From contig JAOTVC010000003.1 in assembly GCA_029863585.1 (NCBI GenBank), positions 1 to 49,760 of the forward strand: DNA of 49,760 bases. Direction: 5' to 3'. Positions 39,689-48,651 of the stretch are shown here, piece after piece. A model generated the notes under the pieces. The model was not told where the DNA came from and did no database searches. It was given only the letters and a program-made list of their open reading frames with translations. Within the stretch, counting starts at the first letter, position 1. Each line of letters starts with the position of its first letter. Origin of the DNA: Alphaproteobacteria bacterium (GTDB taxonomy: Bacteria > Pseudomonadota > Alphaproteobacteria > SMXQ01). Both the position numbers and the translations under genes were made by a program.

Positions 39689-40942
39689 CTATTCCGCCCC
39701 TTGGGCGGCGGCGCGAGCCGGGGCCGAGTCCAGGAAGGGGACGTCGGGCACCCGCCATTCGGTCAGCGGCCGGCCGGCCACCAGGGCATTGACCTCCCTG
39801 AGCCAGAGGCGGCGCATGAGGATCGTCCGGTGCTCGCTGGGGCCGATGTTCTCCTTGCTGCGGTCCTTCAGCGATCCCTGGCCCACCTGGGTGACGTAAT
39901 CCTCGATGGTGAAGCTCGTGTAGGCGGTCATGTCGTCGGGCAAATCCTCGAGGGCCATGTCGCCGGCTAGGATCTTTTCGGCGAGGTCCCAGCGGTCCTC
40001 CGCCTCCTCTTCCTGGGTGGCGCGGGCGGCGGCATAACGCTCCGCCTCCGCCCCTTCGACCGGCGCCACGGTGACGTCGAACGCCGCATGGGAGGTGTCG
40101 TTCAGGGGCACGACCCAGGCCGCCTTGGTCTCCCACAGGCCACTGTTTTCGAACCCCGGGGCGCGGCTGCGCTGGAAGAACAGCCTCGTGTTGGGCATGA
40201 ACCAATGGGTATGGCGGGCCGGGCCGAGGGCTCGCTGGGCATCGGCCCTCGCCCCGGAAACGGTCCCCAGTGAGCTCGTCATGTCTTCCTGTTCGCCCTT
40301 CACCGTGCGAATGCCGCGCCAGCCGTAAGGCGTTTCTTCGACCTCTTCATGGCGAACCACCAGGATATCCTTGCGGTTCTTTCGGAGTGCCGTCGCCCGG
40401 TGCACCCAGGCGCGGTGGCCGTGGTCGTTGTCGAACTTGTTCCAGAAGGTACAGGGCAGCACTTCGGGCGGATCGGTGGTGACGACGCCCGGGCGGTCGA
40501 GGTCGGGATAGCGGCGAAAGGGCGGCGGCTCGCCATCGCCCAGATAGGCGAAGATCAGGCCGAGATACTCCCGGGTCGGATGGGACGCCATCTTGATCTT
40601 TTCGGAAAAGGGGCGGTCTTCGTTGGGCTGTTCAAGGCAATCGCCCGTGCAGCCGAATTTCCAGCCGTGATAGCGGCACCGCAAATCATCCCCTTCCACC
40701 CAGCCGAGGCTGAGCGGCGTGCCGCGATGGGGGCAGCGGTAGGCGACGACATGGGCGGCGCCGTCTTCGCCGCGATAGATGGTGAACTTTTCCCCCAGCA
40801 CCTCGAGCGGGCGGGCACGCCCCGGGGGCAAATCCCTGGCCCGCATCACCGGGTGCCAAAACAGCCTGAGATACCTACCCGCCGGCGTGCCGGGGCCGAC
40901 CGGCTCCAACTCCGCAAGCTCCAATGCCCGTGATCCGGCCAT
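39689..40942 (-). CDS. Rieske non-heme iron oxygenase (phthalate 4,5-dioxygenase / aryl O-demethylase-like alpha-only type)
   Basis: N-terminal GPGTPAGRYLR..W; Rieske motif CPH-x16-CRYHG; DxxHxxxxH (DHGHRAWVH); EDYVTQVGQG. Confidence 0.9.
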   Translation of the reverse strand: MAGSRALELAELEPVGPGTPAGRYLRLFWHPVMRARDLPPGRARPLEVLGEKFTIYRGEDGAAHVVAYRCPHRGTPLSLGWVEGDDLRCRYHGWKFGCTGDCLEQPNEDRPFSEKIKMASHPTREYLGLIFAYLGDGEPPPFRRYPDLDRPGVVTTDPPEVLPCTFWNKFDNDHGHRAWVHRATALRKNRKDILVVRHEEVEETPYGWRGIRTVKGEQEDMTSSLGTVSGARADAQRALGPARHTHWFMPNTRLFFQRSRAPGFENSGLWETKAAWVVPLNDTSHAAFDVTVAPVEGAEAERYAAARATQEEEAEDRWDLAEKILAGDMALEDLPDDMTAYTSFTIEDYVTQVGQGSLKDRSKENIGPSEHRTILMRRLWLREVNALVAGRPLTEWRVPDVPFLDSAPARAAAQGAE

Positions 40943-41035
40943 TGCATGCCTCCCTCAAGACTTTGCGTAAGCCTAAGCAACGCGGACCGAAGCGGCAAGC
41001 GGCTTGGACCAAGGCGGCCCGAGCGGGCAATGGGA

Positions 41036-42025
41036 TCAACGTTCGACCACCGCGTCCATCCGCTCCATCAGGTCGAGCACGTCGGCAAGCTCGGCGGTCT
41101 GCTCGCCCCCGTCCATCAGGTATTCGAAGACCTCGGCGATGTCGTAAACGCCGAACCCGCCGGCGACCGCCTCGTTATAAGCCCCGCCCATGGCATCCAG
41201 CAACGGATAACGGCCGCCAAGCGCTTGCGCCAGCTTGTTCAGCCGGTCGATCTGGCGCACCCGGTTGGCCATCCCCCGGTTGGGCGCCTCGCCGCGGTCC
41301 TGGCGCGCCTTGGTGTCCCGGCGCTTGTCGCTGTCGTAATCTTGATAGTCGCGCTCCACCATCAAGGCGCCCCGGCTTTCCAGCATGACCGAGGTGGCGT
41401 TGGAGCCCTTGATCGCCTCGAACATGGCGGCACGGTCGAGGCCGGCACGGGTGGCGAGCTCGAATGCTTCCGCCGCGGCCAGGGTGTGAACCGCCACCAG
41501 ATAGAGCGCCACGAACTTGGCGAGCCGACCGGCGCCGAACGGCCCGACCCAAGTGACTTTGTCGGTGAAATCGCGCAGCACCGGCGCCCAACGCTCGAAC
41601 GCGTCGCGGTCGCCGCCGGCGAACACGGCGGCGTTGCGGGCGGCGATATAGACCGGATTGCCGCTGATGGTGCAGTCCACCAGGGTCACCCCGGCGGCGG
41701 CGGCGGCTTCCTTCTCGGCCAGCTTCTCCTTCAGAGAGACCGTCGACATCTCGAACACGTCGAGGCCCCGGCGCCCCGCCGCGAGGATGCCGTCCGCCCC
41801 GGAAATGACCTCGTGCAGAGCCTGCCGATTGGGAATGGAGGTCAGCACGACATCGGCCCGCGCCGCGACGTCCCGGGGCGAGGTCCCGGCGGTGCCGCCG
41901 GCCGCGATGAACTTCTCCATCATGGTGCGGCGATAGCCGATCACCGTGTGTCCGGCATCCAGCAGATTCTTGGCGATGGCAAATCCCAGATTGCCGATGC
42001 CGATCAGGCCGACGGTGGCGGTCAT
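41036..42025 (-). CDS. NAD(P)-dependent beta-hydroxyacid dehydrogenase family protein
   Basis: Motifs VGLIGIGNLG, EMSTVS, VDCTISG and GAGRLAK. Confidence 0.87.
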   Translation of the reverse strand: MTATVGLIGIGNLGFAIAKNLLDAGHTVIGYRRTMMEKFIAAGGTAGTSPRDVAARADVVLTSIPNRQALHEVISGADGILAAGRRGLDVFEMSTVSLKEKLAEKEAAAAAGVTLVDCTISGNPVYIAARNAAVFAGGDRDAFERWAPVLRDFTDKVTWVGPFGAGRLAKFVALYLVAVHTLAAAEAFELATRAGLDRAAMFEAIKGSNATSVMLESRGALMVERDYQDYDSDKRRDTKARQDRGEAPNRGMANRVRQIDRLNKLAQALGGRYPLLDAMGGAYNEAVAGGFGVYDIAEVFEYLMDGGEQTAELADVLDLMERMDAVVER

Positions 42026-42091
42026 GCGAACACCCTTTCCCGTGTTGCGCCCGGCCGGTTGACCTGCCCGGGGGCGGCCCCAAAACCGGGA

Positions 42092-42119
42092 CGCCCGGCC
42101 CCCATTCGGGGACCGGGCG
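42092..42119 (-). terminator. Intergenic hairpin after the hydratase/lyase gene
   Basis: Stem CGCCCGG-C-CCCC / GGGG-A-CCGGGCG, with a short T run a few bases downstream on the minus strand. Confidence 0.4.
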
Positions 42120-42154
42120 GCCAGCGGATCTGCGCGCGGTCGCCCGCGCCGGGC

Positions 42155-43048
42155 TTAGAGATCCTTGCTGCGATCGTACTCGCCGAGGCCCGGACGATAG
42201 GTCTTGTCGTCCAGGAACTGGGCCATGCCCTTCTGGCGGCCGTTCTCGGGATCCTGGTATTTCAGGGCATCGGACTTGGCGTTGAGGTAATCGGCCGCCT
42301 GGTCGACGCTCATTTCCTTGACGGCGCGGATGCCTTCCTTCGTATAGCGCACCGCCGTCGGGTTCTTCTTCATCATCTTCTTGGCGAGCTTGGTGGTTTC
42401 GGCCTTCAAACGGGCCTTGGGCACCGACTTGTTGATGAAGCGCATCGCCGCGGCTTCCTTGCCGGTGAAGGTATCGCCGGTGATGGCGTAATACATCGCG
42501 TCGCGGTAGCTCATGGTGTTGACCACGTTCCAGCTGACGATGCCGCCCGGCAGGATGCCCCAGTTGATCTCCGACAGGCCGAAGATGGCGTCATCGGCCG
42601 CGATGGCGAGGTCGCAGGCGGAAACCTGGGTGAAGGCGCCGCCGAAGCAGAAACCGTTGACCATGGCGATGGTGAGCTTCGGGAACTTGGACAGCGTGGT
42701 CCAGCGCCAATGGTGGGAGGCATTCTTGGACTTGTGGCGGAGCACCGGGTCGCCGGTGGTGCCGCGGAAATACAGGCGGATGTCCTGGCCCGCGCTGAAC
42801 GCCTTGCCGGCCCCGGTGATCACCACCACGTCGACGGAATCGTCGATGGCAAGCTCCTCCAGCGCATCGTTCATGTCGAGATGCAGCTGTGGGCTCATGG
42901 CGTTGCGCTTTTCGGGCCGGTTCATGATGACCCAGGCAATGCGGTCCTTCTTCTCGACCAGGACGGTTTCGAACTTCTTGACGACCGCCTTGCTGGACTT
43001 GGCAGCCTTGGCGGCGGGTTTTTTCTTGGTAGCGGCGCGTGTGGCCAT
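42155..43048 (-). CDS. p-Hydroxycinnamoyl-CoA hydratase/lyase (crotonase family)
   Basis: Motifs RPEKRNAMSP, AMVNGFCFGGAF, LSEINWGILPGG, YYAITG and C-terminal FLDDKTYRPGL, typical of the HCHL/Ech subfamily. Confidence 0.88.
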   Translation of the reverse strand: MATRAATKKKPAAKAAKSSKAVVKKFETVLVEKKDRIAWVIMNRPEKRNAMSPQLHLDMNDALEELAIDDSVDVVVITGAGKAFSAGQDIRLYFRGTTGDPVLRHKSKNASHHWRWTTLSKFPKLTIAMVNGFCFGGAFTQVSACDLAIAADDAIFGLSEINWGILPGGIVSWNVVNTMSYRDAMYYAITGDTFTGKEAAAMRFINKSVPKARLKAETTKLAKKMMKKNPTAVRYTKEGIRAVKEMSVDQAADYLNAKSDALKYQDPENGRQKGMAQFLDDKTYRPGLGEYDRSKDL

Positions 43049-43142
43049 GATTCACGTCTCCCTTCTCTCGCGTTGTTTCAGAGCGTGTTAAGGATGCCGG
43101 GACCGGCGATCCGTTGAGTTGGACAATAGCACCCCGCGGGGT

Positions 43143-44297
43143 TCAGCCATAGGTCCTCAGGATATTCCGGGCAATCACCATTTTCATCACCTCGCTTGCG
43201 CCTTCGGTGATGCGGTTGCTTCGGGCTTGGCGCCAGAACCGCTCGATCGGCAGGTCAGTGGTCAGCGCGATGCCGCCGTGAACCTGCATGCACCGGTCGG
43301 CAACGCGGAACGCCATTTCATCGGCGTAGTACTTGCTGATATAGCCTTCGTTGCGGAAATCCTCACCCGAATCGGCCTTGGACGCCGCGTGATAGACCAT
43401 CAGCCTGGCGGCATGCAACTCGACGAATGAATCGGCGATCATCCATTGGATCGCCTGACGGTCGGCCAACGGCCGGCCGAAGGTCACCCGCTGCTTGGCA
43501 TAGGACGTCATCAACTCGATGCAGCGCTCGGCGACGCCCAGCGCCCGCGCGCCGTGGCGCAGGCGGCCCGCGCCAAGCCAGCGCTGGCCGAGACGGAAGC
43601 CGCCGCCTTCCTCGCCCACCATATGGCTGGCCGGGACCCGCACATTATCGAACACGATCTCCCACGGCTTGTCGCCCATCATGGTCTCGTATTGGGCGCC
43701 GAGGCTGAGGCCGGGGGTATCCATGTCGACGATGAAACACGATATCCCGCCATGGGAGCCCTTCTCCCGGTCGGTCGCCGCCATCAGCTGAATAAAATCC
43801 GCTTCACCCGCACCGGTGATGAACCGCTTGGTCCCGTTGATGACGTAATCGTCCCCGTCACGCACCGCCGTGGTCCGCATGGAACCGGGATCGGAACCGG
43901 CATCGGGCTCGGTCTGGCCGAAGCAGGCATGCTTCTCGCCGCGGATCACGGGATAGAGGTAGCGCTCCTTCATGTCGTCGGAAAGCTCGTACAGGATCGC
44001 GCGCACGCTGGGCCCGGTGAAATAGCCGCCGCGGGACGGCAGGGCCGTGGTCCGGGCCATCTGCTCGGTCACCACGACGGTGGCCAGCACGCCCATGCCC
44101 TGGCCGCCGAATTCCTCCGGCACGTCCATCAGCCACAGGCCGAGCTTCTTGGCGTCGGCATCGAACTTCTCCCTGAATTCCGGCTTCAGCTTGACCCCCT
44201 CGCAGGTTTGAAGCTCGATGGGAATCATCTCGGCATCGACGTAACGGCGCAGCGTTTCCTTGAGGAGTTGCAGCTCCTCCGGCAGTTCGAAACTCAT
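43143..44297 (-). CDS. Acyl-CoA dehydrogenase
   Basis: Motifs TEPDAGSD, INGTKRFIT, RVTFGRPL, QVHGG and RITEGASE. Confidence 0.95.
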   Translation of the reverse strand: MSFELPEELQLLKETLRRYVDAEMIPIELQTCEGVKLKPEFREKFDADAKKLGLWLMDVPEEFGGQGMGVLATVVVTEQMARTTALPSRGGYFTGPSVRAILYELSDDMKERYLYPVIRGEKHACFGQTEPDAGSDPGSMRTTAVRDGDDYVINGTKRFITGAGEADFIQLMAATDREKGSHGGISCFIVDMDTPGLSLGAQYETMMGDKPWEIVFDNVRVPASHMVGEEGGGFRLGQRWLGAGRLRHGARALGVAERCIELMTSYAKQRVTFGRPLADRQAIQWMIADSFVELHAARLMVYHAASKADSGEDFRNEGYISKYYADEMAFRVADRCMQVHGGIALTTDLPIERFWRQARSNRITEGASEVMKMVIARNILRTYG

Positions 44298-44339
44298 CGT
44301 GGTACTCCCCTTCCCAAGTGCTTCTTATTATAACTCGAC

Positions 44340-46409
44340 TCAGCCGCGGCGCACCGGCCGCACGTCGACGGCGGCGACACCTGCGCCGGCCTCCCGGACG
44401 ATGAGCGGATTGACCTCGAGATCGCTCAGGATATGGCGGTGATCCAGGTAGATGCGGCCGAGGCCCACCACCGCCTTGATCAGCGCGTCAACATCCGCCG
44501 CCGCCGCGCCCCGGAACCCATGCAGGAGCGCCCGGCCCTTGAGCTCGCCCAGCATGCCCGCGACGTCGTCCTCGTCCACCGGCAGGAGGCGCATGGTGGC
44601 GTCGCGCATCAGCTCCACCATGATCCCGCCGGTGCCGACCAGGATGGCCGGACCGTAGAGCGGGTCTTCGCGGCAGCCGACGATCATCTCCACACCTTGC
44701 ACCATTTCCTGAACGAGATAGCCGGTGATCTCCGCGCGGGCATCGGCGGCGCGGATGCGCCGTGCGAGCGTCTCGGCCCCCTCCTTGACGGTCTCCACGC
44801 TATCAAGGCCGAGCAGCACGCCGCCCACCTCGGTCTTGTGGGAAAACGCCGGCGCCACGATCTTGAGAACCACCGGAAACCCGATCTCCGCCGCCGCCCT
44901 GGCCGCGGCCCCGGCATCCTTGGCCAGCGCGCTCATCGGCGGCGTGACGCCACTGGCGGCAAGCAGTCCATCGAAGGCGGCGCCTGAAACGTTGGCCTCC
45001 GTGCCCGTGGGCTCCGGCGGGGCGGGGATCGCGCGTCCCGCGCGGGCGCCGTAGAAGGCCAGGGCGTTCATCGCACGAAGCATTTCGGGCAGGCCCTGAA
45101 GGTAGGGAATGCCGATGGCGTCTTGATACTTGATGCCGTCCTCGCCCAGGCTGTAGCGCATGCGGCCGAAGCCGATCACCGGCATGTCGGTATAGCTCAA
45201 CAACTCCTTGAGCGGCGCGCCGGCCGCGATATTGGCGCGGCCCGAGGAGATCTGTCCCGCCACCGCCAGCATGTCGGTCGCCGGATCGTCGATCGCCGCC
45301 TTGCAGAGGTCGGCCAGCACGTCGTTGCCGGCGGCAATGCCGGCATCGAGCGGGTTCTTCGGGTTCATTTCCTTCGGGATCAGCGGCCTCATCCGTTCCA
45401 ACGTGTCGGCCGCGTAATCCGGCATCTCGGCCCCTTCGGCCTCGGCATAGTCGTAGAGCAGGTCCACCGTGCCGCCGGACGTGGTGACAACGCCGATGCC
45501 CCGCCCCTTGGGCAGCCGGCCCTGGCTGAAGGCCAGCACGGTTTCGGTCATGTCGTCGAGGTTTTGGCAGTGGACGATGCCGTAGCGTTCGCACAGCGCC
45601 GTGAACGCGGCCCAGTCGCCGCCGATGGCCCCGGTATGGGATTGCGCCGCCTCGCGGGAACGCTGGGTCCGCCCGGTCTTGACGGCGATGATGGGCTTAG
45701 CAGCGGCGAGCGCCCGGGCACAAGCTTCCTTGAATACTTCAGGACGGCGGATGCCCTCGATGAACAGGACAATGGTCCGGGTCTCGGGATCGTCGACGAA
45801 GAAGTTGATGTAATCCGCCAGGTCGAGGCCGATCTCATTGCCCGAAGACATGGCGTAGGAAAAGCGTAAACCGCGGGACTGCGCCGTCTGCACCCAGAAC
45901 TGCATGGTCCCGCCCGATTGGAACACCGCCGCCACGTCGCCGGGACCGGGCCGGCAGATGGCACCGTTGGGATAGGCGAAAACCTTTTCCCTGAAAGCGA
46001 TGCCGCCCATGCAGTTGGGCCCGGCAAGGGCGATGCCCGCCTCCTCGCACAGCGCCCTGAGCTTCTCGCCCCGGCCGATGATTTCCGGATCCGACCCTTC
46101 GCCCAGGTGGCCGGCATAGACGGTCGCCGCCTTCAGGCCGTTTTTCGCGCCGTCCTCCATCACCCCCTGGACCGCCCCCGCCGGCACGATCACCAAGGCC
46201 AGGTCGGCCGGTTTCGGAAGCGATCCGAAATCGTGATAGCAGGGTACGCCGTAGACCTCATCCCGGCGCGGGTTGATGGGGTAGACGTTCCCCGCGAATC
46301 CGTATTTCTTGAGGCTTTCGAAGATGCTCTGGGGCCACTTGGCCCGGTCCGAGGCCCCGACGATGGCGATGGTTGATGCGGAAAAAATCTGCTTAGGCGA
46401 ACGGAACAC
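44340..46409 (-). CDS. NDP-forming acyl-CoA synthetase (acetate-CoA ligase family)
   Basis: Motifs IAIVGAS, GPNCMG, QSGG, SHTGA, NPLD, ATP-grasp HKTEVGGV and LEVNP; GTG start at 46409 with GGGGAG RBS. Confidence 0.92.
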   Translation of the reverse strand: MFRSPKQIFSASTIAIVGASDRAKWPQSIFESLKKYGFAGNVYPINPRRDEVYGVPCYHDFGSLPKPADLALVIVPAGAVQGVMEDGAKNGLKAATVYAGHLGEGSDPEIIGRGEKLRALCEEAGIALAGPNCMGGIAFREKVFAYPNGAICRPGPGDVAAVFQSGGTMQFWVQTAQSRGLRFSYAMSSGNEIGLDLADYINFFVDDPETRTIVLFIEGIRRPEVFKEACARALAAAKPIIAVKTGRTQRSREAAQSHTGAIGGDWAAFTALCERYGIVHCQNLDDMTETVLAFSQGRLPKGRGIGVVTTSGGTVDLLYDYAEAEGAEMPDYAADTLERMRPLIPKEMNPKNPLDAGIAAGNDVLADLCKAAIDDPATDMLAVAGQISSGRANIAAGAPLKELLSYTDMPVIGFGRMRYSLGEDGIKYQDAIGIPYLQGLPEMLRAMNALAFYGARAGRAIPAPPEPTGTEANVSGAAFDGLLAASGVTPPMSALAKDAGAAARAAAEIGFPVVLKIVAPAFSHKTEVGGVLLGLDSVETVKEGAETLARRIRAADARAEITGYLVQEMVQGVEMIVGCREDPLYGPAILVGTGGIMVELMRDATMRLLPVDEDDVAGMLGELKGRALLHGFRGAAAADVDALIKAVVGLGRIYLDHRHILSDLEVNPLIVREAGAGVAAVDVRPVRRG

Positions 46410-46551
46410 GGGACTCCCCCTATATTGTCGTGTTCCGGCGATATTCGTTTCTTCGGCAGGCCCTGTCAACCGAGCCCCGGGCCGGGCTTGCCCAGGTCTC
46501 ACGCCCTAGGATAGTCTTCTGAGAGAACACGAAACTTTGGAGGAATGTGCG

Positions 46552-46902
46552 ATGCGCGGACCGCACGACGTGGGCGGACTGGAAGAGGGCCCGATCGATA
46601 CCTCGGTTCATACGCCGACCCTTTGGGAAAAGCAGATCGACGCGCTGCACAACCTGATCGCCGACGACAAGCGCAAGATCGTCCCTAGGGGGCAGAACCG
46701 CCGCTATGTCGAGGCGCTGGGCGAAGACGTCTACAACACGCTCAACTACTACGAGCGCTGGACCGCCACCATGAGCCAGCAACTCCTGGAAAAGGGCGTG
46801 CTGACCCGCGACGAGATCGACGCCAAGGTGCGCGAGATCCGCGACCGGCTGGAAGCCACCGGCGAGCTGGAGCTGCGCGCGGGCGAGGCGGACAAGATCT
46901 GA
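46552..46902 (+). CDS. Nitrile hydratase beta N-terminal-half protein (thiocyanate hydrolase ScnB-like)
   Basis: Motifs MRGPHDVGG, WEKQIDAL, RRYVEAL..Y..LNYYERW and LLEKGV; GGAGG RBS. Confidence 0.85.
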   Translation: MRGPHDVGGLEEGPIDTSVHTPTLWEKQIDALHNLIADDKRKIVPRGQNRRYVEALGEDVYNTLNYYERWTATMSQQLLEKGVLTRDEIDAKVREIRDRLEATGELELRAGEADKI

Positions 46903-47198
46903 TGGCCAAGGACCTGCAACCGGGCGATCCCGTGCGCGTGCGCGAGGATTATCCGCCGGGCCATATCCGCACACCGGTGTTCATCCGCGGCAAGCGCGGC
47001 GTCGTCACCCAGGTTTTCGGAGCGTTCGAGAACCCGGAGATCACCGCCTACGAACTCACGGGGCCGAAAAAGATGCTGTATGCGGTGCGCTTCCGCCAGG
47101 TCGACATCTGGCCGGACTACACCGGCCCCACCCAGGACACCGTAGACATCGACATCTACGAACATTGGCTGGAAAAAGCCGAAGGAAGGGCATCATGA
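46902..47198 (+). CDS. Nitrile hydratase beta C-terminal SH3-like-half protein (ScnA-like)
   Basis: Motifs GDPVRV, GHIRTPVFIRGKRG, LYAVRF..W and DIYEHWLE; TGATG coupling to the upstream gene. Confidence 0.88.
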   Translation: MAKDLQPGDPVRVREDYPPGHIRTPVFIRGKRGVVTQVFGAFENPEITAYELTGPKKMLYAVRFRQVDIWPDYTGPTQDTVDIDIYEHWLEKAEGRAS

Positions 47199-47857
47199 GC
47201 GAAACACAGCACGGCGCCGCCGAACATGATCATGGGCACGATCACGGCGATCACGGCCATGCCCCGCCCCAGCCCGACGACAAGGTGCACAGCTACTACC
47301 AGATCCTGGGCCAGGCGCTGAAGGAGTTGCTGATCGAAAAGGGCATCGTCACCGCCGACGAGGTGCGCGAAGCCATCGAAAAGCGCGATTCCATCACCCC
47401 CGCCCGCGGGGCGCGCATTGTCGCCCGGGCCTGGACCGATCCCATCTACAAGGCGCTACTGATGCGCGACGCCAACCAGGCCGCCGCCGACATGGGCGCC
47501 CCCACCCCAAACACCCATCTGGTGGCGGTTGAAAACACCGACGCCGTGCACAACGTCATCGTCTGCACGCTCTGCAGTTGCTATCCGCGCGAACTCCTGG
47601 GCCTGCCGCCGAGCTGGTACAAGAGCCGGCAGTACCGCGCCCGCATCGTGCGCGAGCCCCGCGCCGTGTTGCGGGAGTTCGGCACCGACCTGTCGGATGA
47701 GGTGGAGATACGGGTCCACGATTCCACCGCCGACATCCGCTACCTTGTGGTGCCGCTGCAGCCAAAGGGCACCGAAGCCATGAGCGCCGATGAGCTTGAA
47801 TCGCTAATCACCCGGGATTCCATGATCGGCGTCGCCGAGGTGAAAGCCCCAACCTGA
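47195..47857 (+). CDS. Cobalt-type nitrile hydratase alpha subunit (ScnC-like)
   Basis: Metal site VCTLCSCY (Co-type signature); motifs GARIVARAW, PPSWYKS, VREPR and RVHDST. Confidence 0.93.
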   Translation: MSETQHGAAEHDHGHDHGDHGHAPPQPDDKVHSYYQILGQALKELLIEKGIVTADEVREAIEKRDSITPARGARIVARAWTDPIYKALLMRDANQAAADMGAPTPNTHLVAVENTDAVHNVIVCTLCSCYPRELLGLPPSWYKSRQYRARIVREPRAVLREFGTDLSDEVEIRVHDSTADIRYLVVPLQPKGTEAMSADELESLITRDSMIGVAEVKAPT

Positions 47858-48651
47858 TGGCGGGTCCCACGCCCGTGCGGGGCGCGGCACCGTTTCCCGT
47901 CTGGGGCTCGGCGCGCGAGACCTTCGCCTTGGTCTGGCGCCACCGCTTCTGGCTGCTGATGCGCGCGCTGCCGTCCACCATCCTGGTGGGCGTCACCTTC
48001 ATCGTCACCTTTCCCCGGATTGGCGTCTATGCGCTCTGGGAGATAGCCCTCTTTCTCATCAGCGCATTGGGGATCGCCAATATGATGGTGTCCTGCCACC
48101 GGCTGATCGTGCTGGGCGATCCGTGTCGCCGGTTCTCTGATTTCCTGCCCCGCATCAACGATCTCACCTATTTCGGCGTATGGCTTCTGCTGACCATCGC
48201 CAAATGGATCCTGGATGCGATTGGCGCATTTTTGGGGTCACTGGTCGAATTGGCCGGGCATGTCTTCAGCCTCGGCGTGAACATCCTGTTCCTGATTGCC
48301 CTCGTCCGCCTGATCGCGCTGTTCCCGCTGACCGCGATCCAGGGCAAGACCCCTTTCCACACCGCGTGGAAGCTGAGCACCGGGCATGTGGAACGGCTCA
48401 TCGGATTCTGTGTCATCGTCGGGACGGTATTGGGTCTCGCAACCGCGGCGGCGGGTGCGGCAATCTTCTATTCCCAGAAATGGCTGGCCGAGAACCTGGC
48501 GCAGGAAGTCATGCCGAAAATCGCGGCGGATCTGGCCGCGACCCTGCCCTTCTTCTTGGGCGCGCTGTTCCTGATGATCGTGCTGGAAAGCGTGGCCGTG
48601 GCCCAGTCGCTCGCCTATCGCCGCCTCTCAGGCCAGGAGCCGGAGATCTAG
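47857..48651 (+). CDS. Multi-pass membrane hypothetical protein
   Basis: About six hydrophobic segments; TGATG coupling to the alpha-subunit gene. Confidence 0.75.
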   Translation: MAGPTPVRGAAPFPVWGSARETFALVWRHRFWLLMRALPSTILVGVTFIVTFPRIGVYALWEIALFLISALGIANMMVSCHRLIVLGDPCRRFSDFLPRINDLTYFGVWLLLTIAKWILDAIGAFLGSLVELAGHVFSLGVNILFLIALVRLIALFPLTAIQGKTPFHTAWKLSTGHVERLIGFCVIVGTVLGLATAAAGAAIFYSQKWLAENLAQEVMPKIAADLAATLPFFLGALFLMIVLESVAVAQSLAYRRLSGQEPEI

